A DNA stretch of 64,000 bases from Desulfobacterales bacterium (GCA_049366795.1 JBMNCP010000062.1:6201-70200), one strand, 5' to 3'; counted from the stretch's first letter, positions 57,201 to 62,396 are shown. Notes: generated by a model from the letters alone, not told the origin. A program made the numbers and translations.

Positions 57201-58261
57201 CCCGGCGACCATGACGCACCTTCCCACAGCGCCCCGAGACTTTTGAGCTCGACCGCATCCCCGACCAGTGTGCCGGCACCGTGGCATTCGACCAGGTCCA
57301 CCTGGTCAGGGGTCCATCCGGCATCGGCGTAGGCCGCCCGCATCGCCCGCAGCTGGCCCTCCATCTCAGGCGCGAGCAGGCTGCCCCGCATGTCGTTGGA
57401 GAGGCCCATGCCTCGGATGATGCCGAGGATCGGGTCGCCGTTCCGAACGGCGTCCTCCAGGCGCTTGAGGACGACGAGCCCGGCGCCTTCTCCCACCACC
57501 AGACCGTCGGCATCCGCATCGAACGGAGCGGCGCGTCCGGACGGTGAAAGGGCCTGAAGCTGACTGAAGCCGATCTGCGTATAAAGGCAGTCGGGTCGCG
57601 AAACCCCGCCTGCGATCATGGCGTCCGCCCGGCCGGAACGAAGGGCGTCGCAGGCGAATTTGATTCCGAAAAGGGATGAGGCGCAGGCCGCGTCGAGCGT
57701 AAAGCTTCCGGCGCGGTAGCCGAAGGCACGGGCCAGTAGGGCCGCCGGCAGCGCCGTCACCCTGGAGGCCATCGCTTCGAGCGGCGTGACGGGATTTCGG
57801 GAACCGGCGGGTGATTCCGGAAACCAGCGGCGTTCGAGTTCCTTTCCGAACAGCTTCCGGGACAGTGCCGACGCCGCATCCGTGGGAAGGGCGATGGCGG
57901 CCAAAACCACGCCGATCCGCCCTGGATCCACGCTGTCGAGCCTTCCGGACTCCGCGATCTCCCTGCCGCAGTGGAGCACCAAATGATAAAGGGGATCCAG
58001 GGCCAGAAGGTGCTCCGGCGGAAGGAAATAACCGGTCGGGTCGAAGTCGAAGTCGAGAATCAAACCGGCCCGGTTGGACACGGCCCGGTCCGGCTCGTTG
58101 CGGCTCGAAACGACCGACGCCGCCGGAGCGATCCATCGATCCTCAGGCACCGGCCCCGTGCAGTCGAGGCGATGGATCAGGTGGTCCCAGAACTCGTCCA
58201 GGGACCGGCTCCCCGGGAAAATCCCGGAAGCTTCGATGACGGCGATGGGATGGGAAGTCAT
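51257..58261 (-). CDS. PUFA-synthase-type megasynthase, PfaC/Pfa3-like: KS - CLF - AT - (FabA-like DH)x2, 2334 aa
   Basis: See the domain features below. No ACP, KR or ER segment is recognisable in this ORF. Confidence 0.88.
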   Translation of the reverse strand: MTSHPIAVIEASGIFPGSRSLDEFWDHLIHRLDCTGPVPEDRWIAPAASVVSSRNEPDRAVSNRAGLILDFDFDPTGYFLPPEHLLALDPLYHLVLHCGREIAESGRLDSVDPGRIGVVLAAIALPTDAASALSRKLFGKELERRWFPESPAGSRNPVTPLEAMASRVTALPAALLARAFGYRAGSFTLDAACASSLFGIKFACDALRSGRADAMIAGGVSRPDCLYTQIGFSQLQALSPSGRAAPFDADADGLVVGEGAGLVVLKRLEDAVRNGDPILGIIRGMGLSNDMRGSLLAPEMEGQLRAMRAAYADAGWTPDQVDLVECHGAGTLVGDAVELKSLGALWEGASWSPGQCAIGSVKSTIGHLLTAAGIAGLIKILLGLKHRTLPPSLNFNRPRPGSPLENGPFRVQTVAEPWHQRDSATPRRAAVSAFGFGGINAHLLVEEWLPGKTSVPVAAPAPPAEEPVVIVGMSAAFGRYGSLKAFEEAVFKEAHEFGSAPASRWKGCRTVQDLLFRRSPPKGNYLDRLDIPLGRFPIPPREIPDILPQHLLMLAVAMEALSDAGMADEPARPRMGAVIGMGFDFEETQFQLRWSLRRLLREFEGKHGLRTESVEAAGGAKRLADGISPPLTHVRTLGALGSLIASRIAKAFRFGAPSFVLSCEAASGMKALEIGARSLQRHEVDAVLVGAVDLPGDLREMAAADAIRGWSGRPAVHPFDRKADGSLPGEGAAALVLKRLSDATSSGDRIYAVLDGLGSVSGAFAPTEAPASTACSDAIALAFRDAGVGPEAIEYVESHGSGFPPEDRAEREAFHRVFPARPFPCAIGSVKSAIGHAGAAAGLAAVVKTALCLHRRRIPGLPGYAVGEEPGWDSERFHLPRATHYWLRNSEDGPRRACVSAMTPDGVAMAAVLREAPSDAAVPVTAGLHAASLPPLGMFLVDGADPDALLSRLDRLEREASQFDGPIGHAAAAWLREHPPDFGARLAVAVEGSDPRELKRSIAAARTAIRNGTEIRFTPTSAACYASAPLGASSAVALVYPGSGNQFPGMGREIGLFWPGILDEMDRETGRLRDRARPGRLLPCRSEWPPGWESAAMAGLSRDPRDLFCGHVTHGLVVTRLLERLGLRPRAAFGYSLGESAAYFATGAWPHPDEMLKRIQKTDLFTHALYGACRSARKAWGLSETETFEWHAVVVDRPADAIQSALEEFSRVRLLIVNTPEASVIGGDRPQVEALVRRLGANAVPLDGVISVHCDALSPSADAYRDLHRLPVRELNGITLYGCADAAPIRIESDAMAESILRQGLDGFDFPKLVERVYRDGVRIFIETGPGASCTRMIQQILDGRPHLALSASHRHQGDFAAIARIAATLAVHRVPVEWSLLTVRPAAVETASVDPSASIRVVNGGKSIDWPALPALAVDAPSPAPEAASYRVPASVSGPPTPYPTFAQPSIDRLVQDLVESSEQTSAAHERFLSLSQDWIRSYADAVELKSRLLAASPPGTKPGGKTSSAVPAPNVPDTPETALSTPPHPRFPAFSHSGIPAPVFTRGQCMEFAVGSVARLFGPDFAEVDRYRVRVRLPDEPLMLVDRILRIEGRKGQLGPGRIVTEHDVLPDQWYLDGGRAPVCISVEAGQADLFLCAYLGIDLHVRGLRTYRLLDATVTFHRGLPLPGETIRYDIRIEKFIKQGDTWMFFFEFDGSIAGQPLITMRNGCAGFFTEEEVRNSGGILPGEPEETPVPAGGAEPLVAVRSRRIDDEALDALRDGDLEKAFGADFAGIRLPEGQRLPAGRMRLIHRVLDLDPFGGTGGLGAIRAEADIRPDDWFLTCHFVDDQVMPGTLMYECCAHALRVLLQGMGWVSPNEEARFEPLTTAPAVLKCRGPVTPETKKVVYEIEITDIGSNPEPFAIADAMMIADGRRIVRFKGMSLKLSNVGESDLKQFWRKRSEHRPVPGRTVPAVFERRHILAFASGRPSDAFGSRYRPFDDGRFIARLPAPPYSFIDRVTVAEPEPWVLEPGGWLQTEFDVKPWHWYFQANRSDVMPLCVLMEIALQSCGFLAAYMGSALKSEQDLHFRNLDGTATIHENVRRGAFTLTTRCRLLRASSAGDMIIEQFEFEVSREGSPVYTGRTGFGFFTAEALDEQRGIRETFDAGVGAESTAVPVETLTDLPPFLPEDRVDEPDFPPGLPARAIRMIDRIQVAPRQTAGGRVLEMRGFKDVDPAAWYFKAHFHQDPVCPGSLGIESLIQMARCAALDIWRTRYPGHRLELRVGSPHTWQYRGQILPSNKTIVVEASCEEEDGDNGSEFRIDGALKVDGLFIYKLLNFGVRLVADAANAD
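51302..52504 (-). other. Megasynthase domain: dehydratase region 2 (pseudo-DH + FabA-like DH)
   Basis: PWHWYFQANRSDVMPLCVLMEIALQ segment, then AAWYFKAHFHQDPVCPGSLGIE (His2226, codon 51584-51586). Boundaries are approximate. Confidence 0.7.
52562..53659 (-). other. Megasynthase domain: dehydratase region 1 (pseudo-DH + FabA-like DH)
   Basis: TEHDVLPDQWYLDG segment, then FabA-type DWFLTCHFVDDQVMPGTLM (His1827, codon 52781-52783). Boundaries are approximate. Confidence 0.7.
54212..55144 (-). other. Megasynthase domain: acyltransferase
   Basis: VYPGSGNQFPGMG and the GxSxG motif AFGYSLGE (Ser1136, codon 54854-54856). Boundaries are approximate. Confidence 0.75.
55547..56815 (-). other. Megasynthase domain: chain-length-factor-like KS (active-site Cys replaced by Ala)
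   Basis: SFVLSCEAASG aligns to SFTLDAACASS, so the catalytic position (aa 665, codon 56267-56269) is Ala. His motifs ESHGSG and KSAIGH are retained. Boundaries are approximate. Confidence 0.7.
56852..58252 (-). other. Megasynthase domain: ketosynthase (active)
   Basis: DAACASS with Cys193 (codon 57683-57685). ECHGAGT and KSTIGH His motifs. GFGGINAHLLVEE end. Boundaries are approximate. Confidence 0.8.
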
Positions 58262-58399
58262 GAAAACAGTTGGCTCTGAGAATGACAGACCCCGGGCGCA
58301 GCATCCCGCACCCGGGTCAATATGATCGATCGGTGATTTTTATTCGTTCAGAAGCCTTCTTTCATACTCGAAATTCCCTGTCTCCGCAACCTTATAAAA

Positions 58400-58451
58400 G
58401 GCTAAAGGCGAAAGGCTAAAGGCGAAAGGGGAAAGGGCAAAGGGCAAAGGC
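58400..58451. repeat. Heptamer tandem array A (GGNNAAA x7)
   Basis: GGCTAAA GGCGAAA GGCTAAA GGCGAAA GGGGAAA GGGCAAA GGGCAAA GGC. Confidence 0.95.
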
Positions 58452-58649
58452 TGATGGTGAAGGGGTGAAAGATAATCGAGTTGGGAGTTGGGGCGATCCG
58501 GAGAGCGATTTCGCTTTCGTGCTTCTGACCGGGAATACGACTTGTTTTTTCCAGATACGCTCACTCGCTGGAGCATGGGAGCGAGGACATGACCCTCATT
58601 TCTGAATCGGACACGCTCGTTCCCATATCAAACCATCGCGGATGGGCAC

Positions 58650-58713
58650 CAGTTCACGGATCAGGACAATCGGCACACGGTTCACATCCCACGGTTCACG
58701 GCTCACGAATCAC
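58650..58713. repeat. Degenerate ACGGTTC-type heptamer repeats (distal part of the left IR arm)
   Basis: CAGTTCACGG ... CACGGTTCACATCC CACGGTTCACGGCTCACGAATCAC. Confidence 0.8.
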
Positions 58714-58730
58714 TCTCCGCCTTCTCCCTT

Positions 58731-58829
58731 GATCTTTGATCTTTGATCTTTGATCTATTATTCCTCGAGCCTTTAGCCCTTTCACTTTGGCCTTTAGCCT
58801 TTCCCCTTTAGCCTTTTTGCTTTTCCCCC
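58731..58829. repeat. Heptamer tandem array B: (GATCTTT)x3.7 then CTTTNNC units. Left inverted-repeat arm.
   Basis: GATCTTT GATCTTT GATCTTT GATCT ATTATTC CTCGAGC CTTTAGC CCTTTCA CTTTGGC CTTTAGC CTTTCCC CTTTAGC CTTTTTG CTTTTCC. The reverse complement matches arrays A and C. Confidence 0.95.
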
Positions 58830-58907
58830 AACGCCTTGACTTTCCAAAACGGAAGATTTAAAAAATTCCTTTCCTCGCCAACAAGTTTCCCTGGAGGTGG
58901 AATCAAA

Positions 58908-59498
58908 ATGACGGATCCAAGGCAGTCCTCGGAGAGCGAAGACCAGTTGCGGGCCATGCTTGCACGGACCGGTTACTCGGCAAAAGCCATCGATTACTAC
59001 ATCCGGAAACCCCACATGGGTTCCATCGAAAACGCCGATCAGATTTCGGAAATGGTCGGCACCTGCGGCGATTCCATGACGGTGTTCCTCAAGGTGGACC
59101 AAGGTCGCATCGAGGACGTGAAATACCAGATTCTGGGCTGTGCCGGCTCTATTTCCGCGGCGATGGCGGCGGTCGATCTCGTGAAGGGGAAAACGGTCGA
59201 GGAAGCCCTTGCGGTCGATGACGGCGATGTGTTCAAGTCCCTTGAGGAGATTCCGGCAAAGAAGCACCACTGCATTCAGCTTTCCGTGAAGGCCCTGCAA
59301 AAGGCCATCAGGGCCTACCAGAAGTCCAAGGGCGGCCAAGCGCTGATCTCCGCCGAGGTGCCTGCGGGACCGCCGCTGGCGGCGGGCAAGGGCAACGGTG
59401 AGACCGCTTGCTGCAAGCCCTCCCCGGGCAAGGGGAGTTGCGGCGGGAACGGCGGGGGATGCTGCGGTCATTCGGGCGGCCCGAAAATCGGCAATTAG
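58908..59498 (+). CDS. NifU/IscU N-terminal-domain-like Fe-S scaffold protein with a Cys/Gly-rich C-terminal tail
   Basis: Three scaffold cysteines in GTCGDSM, LGCAGSIS and KHHCIQLS. ATG 58908 is preceded by GGAGGTGG. Tail GETACCKPSPGKGSCGGNGGGCCGHSGG. Confidence 0.8.
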   Translation: MTDPRQSSESEDQLRAMLARTGYSAKAIDYYIRKPHMGSIENADQISEMVGTCGDSMTVFLKVDQGRIEDVKYQILGCAGSISAAMAAVDLVKGKTVEEALAVDDGDVFKSLEEIPAKKHHCIQLSVKALQKAIRAYQKSKGGQALISAEVPAGPPLAAGKGNGETACCKPSPGKGSCGGNGGGCCGHSGGPKIGN

Positions 59499-59532
59499 AG
59501 CCGAACGATCTGGATTCCAATTTTCATGCGAC

Positions 59533-59570
59533 GGCCTCTTTTCCGGACCCGGAAAGGGGCCGCCTCTTTT
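59533..59570 (+). terminator. Putative terminator after the NifU-like gene
   Basis: GGCCTCTTTTC / GGAAAGGGGCC stem (two G-U pairs) with a 7-nt loop, followed by GCCTCTTTT. Confidence 0.45.
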
Positions 59571-59621
59571 GCGGGAAGGCCGATCCGTAACGGTTGAGGG
59601 ATCGGAACGGGCAAATCACTG

Positions 59622-60233
59622 ATGACCGGTTATCGAGACGAGCAGCTCGAATGCCATCGGCAGGTCCGTGATGCCATCGCCAGGATGGGCGAGGTTGAAA
59701 AGGCCGCCCTTTTGAATGAGATCACACCCTACCTGGAGCTTCGCCGCCAGGTCGACCGCTTCCAGGAGGCTTTTTTCAGCGACACGTGTTCGGAGGCCTG
59801 CTTCAACAGCCGATTGAGTGCGTGCTGCACCAAGGACGGCATCATCACCTTTTTTGCGGATCACGCGATCAATGCGCTGACCGCACCGCTCGAATCCTTG
59901 AAATCGCTCATCGATGCCCTGACCGGCCATCGTTCCACCGGCAAATGCATCTACCTGGATCCCGGTGGCTGCCGCTGGCATATCAAGCCCGTCATTTGCG
60001 AAATGTTTCTGTGCGAGCCTGCCGCGCGCAACATCTTCTCCCTTTACCCCGAGGCCGGCCGTGAGTGGCAGCGGCTTCAAGCCGCCATCAAGGCGTTTCG
60101 ATGGCCCATCAGGCCGGTTCTCTTCGATTCCCTCGAAAAACGGTTCATCGCCCTGGGCGTCGATTCCCCCCTGATGCATCTGCACAAAAGCCCGGGGCTC
60201 ATCCGTCTCAAACAGCGTCATGGGGTGGAGTGA
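59622..60233 (+). CDS. Cys-rich YkgJ/UPF0153-like (putative Zn/Fe-chelating domain) protein
   Basis: CSEACFNSRLSACC and GKCIYLDPGGCRWHIKPVICEMFLC resemble the two halves of the CxxCxxCC-family domain. 203 aa. Confidence 0.55.
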   Translation: MTGYRDEQLECHRQVRDAIARMGEVEKAALLNEITPYLELRRQVDRFQEAFFSDTCSEACFNSRLSACCTKDGIITFFADHAINALTAPLESLKSLIDALTGHRSTGKCIYLDPGGCRWHIKPVICEMFLCEPAARNIFSLYPEAGREWQRLQAAIKAFRWPIRPVLFDSLEKRFIALGVDSPLMHLHKSPGLIRLKQRHGVE

Positions 60234-60309
60234 GGAAAGGCGAAAGGCGAAAGGCTCAAGGCTAAAGGCTAAAGGCTCGAGGGATAGATCAAAGATCAAA
60301 GCAGAAAGC
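60233..60309. repeat. Heptamer tandem array C: GGNNAAA units then (GATCAAA). Right inverted-repeat arm.
   Basis: GAGGAAA GGCGAAA GGCGAAA GGCTCAA GGCTAAA GGCTAAA GGCTCGA GGGATAG ATCAAAG ATCAAAG CAGAAAG. Starts at the last base of the stop codon of the YkgJ-like gene. Confidence 0.95.
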
Positions 60310-60360
60310 CGAGAGTGACCGTGAGCCGGGAGCGGGGTAAGGCAAATTGCCGAGCGTTCT

Positions 60361-60468
60361 AATCCTCAATCCACTAATCCTATAATCCTTCTTTCTACTT
60401 TCTACTCGCTACTTTCTGCTCGTTACTCGTCTACTTTCTGCTCGTTACTCGCTACTTTCCACTCGCTC
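60361..60468. repeat. Heptamer tandem array D: AATCCNN units then CT(T/C)(T/G)CTA units, with a 22-bp tandem duplication (21-nt conserved core)
   Basis: CTTTCTA CTTTCTA CTCGCTA CTTTCTG CTCGTTA CTCGTCTA CTTTCTG CTCGTTA CTCGCTA CTTTCCA CTCGCTC. CTACTTTCTGCTCGTTACTCG occurs twice in tandem. Confidence 0.95.
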
Positions 60469-60493
60469 CCCGTCGCGCCTCGCGCCTTTCTCT

Positions 60494-61942
60494 TCAGGGG
60501 GTCTCCTGGACCAGCTCGCGGGCGGCTGTGCGGTAGTGGACGCGAACGCGGCTGCTGGCCGGGGAGACGATCCGAACCGCGCCCGGCTTGATCGCCAGTT
60601 CGGTGACGATGTCCCCCTCCTGGCTGAGGCTGTCCACGGGAATTTTCAGTGTGTAGAGGGTCTCGATGGGGTTCAGGACCTGTTTGGTCCCGGACACCTC
60701 GATCGTTGGTGGGATGACCCGGGTTTCGGCGATCCGCCTGCCCTTGGGCATGGGGCCGGTCCAGTCGACCTGGATCGGCAGCACCTTGCGGACGATCTCG
60801 TCCATCTCGAGCTTGATGACATCGGGCTCCACGTTGTTGAGGCTGATGCCCGGGGGCAGCTCGATGTTTCCTTGTCCCACCGTGAGCGTGTTGACGCCGG
60901 CGGTCGCCCTCGAAAGATCGAATCGCACCTTGACCTGATCCGGCATGATGGCCTGAACCAGCGTTTTGGGGCCGCTCAACTGAAGCCTGATCTTGGAAGC
61001 CGAGGTTTGAACGATTTCCATGGCCGGGTCCCGCTTGTCGTATTCGACGGGCACCTCGAGAGTGGCGAGCGCCTCGCCCGAGCCGACCGAAAAGCTGAAC
61101 CATATCGCCGAAACGACGAAGAGGCAGATTGCCGCCGCCGCCGCAATGCGAAATTTTTCTTCCCGTTTGCCGGTGGGAACACGCCGGCTCTCGCCCGACT
61201 GGGTCTTGAGAAGCGCCAGCAGGCTTTCGGGCGACCGGACCGGCGTCAACACGTCTCGCCGGGCGACCGTGACGTCGCCGCGCTCCTCCGATACCACCAC
61301 GACCACGGCGTCGGTCTGCTCGGCAAGGCCCAGGGCAGCCCGGTGCCGCGTACCGTAGTGGCTTGGGAGGTCGGTCCGGCTCGACAAGGGTAGAATGGCC
61401 CCCACATGGGCGACCTGATCTCCGTTGACGATTGCCGCGCCGTCGTGGACCGGGTTCCCCGGCCAGAAAACACTCTTGATCATCTCCCTCGAAAGCTTGC
61501 CCTGCCACGAGACGCCTCCGTAAACGATCCCTTCGAGGTCCTGGCGGCCGGGGAACACCAGTATGGCGCCGATTCTGGCACGCGCGAGATCGAATACGGC
61601 CGATACGAGTGCGTCGGTCGGCGTGTCCGTGGATTTCTTGGGGAAACGCCAAATCAGGTCCCCCATGTTCTTGGCCTGGAATGCCGTCCGGATTTCGTTG
61701 CGGAACACGATGATGACGACGATGGCGGCCAGGGCCGTGATGCCCTGGAGAACCCAGCTCGTGATGATCAGGCCGATCGAATAGGACAGCCGTTGGAGGA
61801 TAAAAAAAACGATGACGACCGTGAGGACGCGAAACAGCCGGGTGCCTCTCAGAACGATCAGCAGGCGGAACAGGATGTAGCTGTTGATCAGGATGTCAAC
61901 GACATCCTGCCAGCGCATGGCGGAAAACAGGGATTCGAACAT
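60494..61942 (-). CDS. cdaA: Diadenylate cyclase CdaA fused to a YbbR(CdaR)-like domain region
   Basis: Three N-terminal TM helices. DAC domain motifs VHDGAAIV, GTRHRAALGL and VVVVSEERGDVTVA. Then an extra TM (IAAAAAICLFVVSAIWF) and ~200 aa of YbbR-like beta-rich repeats. Confidence 0.8.
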   Translation of the reverse strand: MFESLFSAMRWQDVVDILINSYILFRLLIVLRGTRLFRVLTVVIVFFILQRLSYSIGLIITSWVLQGITALAAIVVIIVFRNEIRTAFQAKNMGDLIWRFPKKSTDTPTDALVSAVFDLARARIGAILVFPGRQDLEGIVYGGVSWQGKLSREMIKSVFWPGNPVHDGAAIVNGDQVAHVGAILPLSSRTDLPSHYGTRHRAALGLAEQTDAVVVVVSEERGDVTVARRDVLTPVRSPESLLALLKTQSGESRRVPTGKREEKFRIAAAAAICLFVVSAIWFSFSVGSGEALATLEVPVEYDKRDPAMEIVQTSASKIRLQLSGPKTLVQAIMPDQVKVRFDLSRATAGVNTLTVGQGNIELPPGISLNNVEPDVIKLEMDEIVRKVLPIQVDWTGPMPKGRRIAETRVIPPTIEVSGTKQVLNPIETLYTLKIPVDSLSQEGDIVTELAIKPGAVRIVSPASSRVRVHYRTAARELVQETP

Positions 61943-61943
61943 G

Positions 61944-62396
61944 TCAATCGGTGATGCTGAAGCGAAGTGTCGTCAGAACCCGGCCGTTGTCATCGGTGAT
62001 GTCGACACGCCAGGGGCCCTTGTCGGCGTCCCGGATCTGGATGCTGCTTGCCGAGGACCATTTGGGAGGGATCAGTTGAAGCCCCCTGCGGGTGACCAGC
62101 TGATCCCTTCGATACCAGTGATGATGGATGAACATCTTCTCGGGGATTTTTTCAAACGCAGTGAAGCAGTATATCTTGCCGACCGAAACCGGAAAAACAG
62201 AGCCGCTGTTGACCGGTTTGAATGCGCGGATGGATTCGCACATGGCCGCCTCGGTCAGGCGGAGCTCCTGGCGGTCCGCCGGCGGTGCGGCCTCCTGCAT
62301 CTCTTCGCTTGCTGCAGGTTGACCCAGCAGGAGCCAGGCAATGGCGGCAATCATCACCCCTCTGACCGGAAGGGCTATGGCTTGGGTGAATTTCAA
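61944..62396 (-). CDS. DUF2914 domain protein with signal peptide
   Basis: GKIYCFTAFEKIPEKMFIHHHWYRRDQLV...WSSASSIQIRDADKGPWRVDITDDNGRVLTTLRF fits the DUF2914 pattern. Stop lies 1 nt before the cdaA start. Confidence 0.65.
   Translation of the reverse strand: MKFTQAIALPVRGVMIAAIAWLLLGQPAASEEMQEAAPPADRQELRLTEAAMCESIRAFKPVNSGSVFPVSVGKIYCFTAFEKIPEKMFIHHHWYRRDQLVTRRGLQLIPPKWSSASSIQIRDADKGPWRVDITDDNGRVLTTLRFSITD

Noticed and set aside
58340-58576. 78-aa minus-strand ORF (…PLPFALSPFAFSLSPLAFYK…), plus the small ORFs 40204..40401 and 14152..14469
   Set aside because: Their sequences are translations of heptamer array A and of the dispersed RNDSVGVG-encoding repeat. They have no RBS and no coding-like composition.
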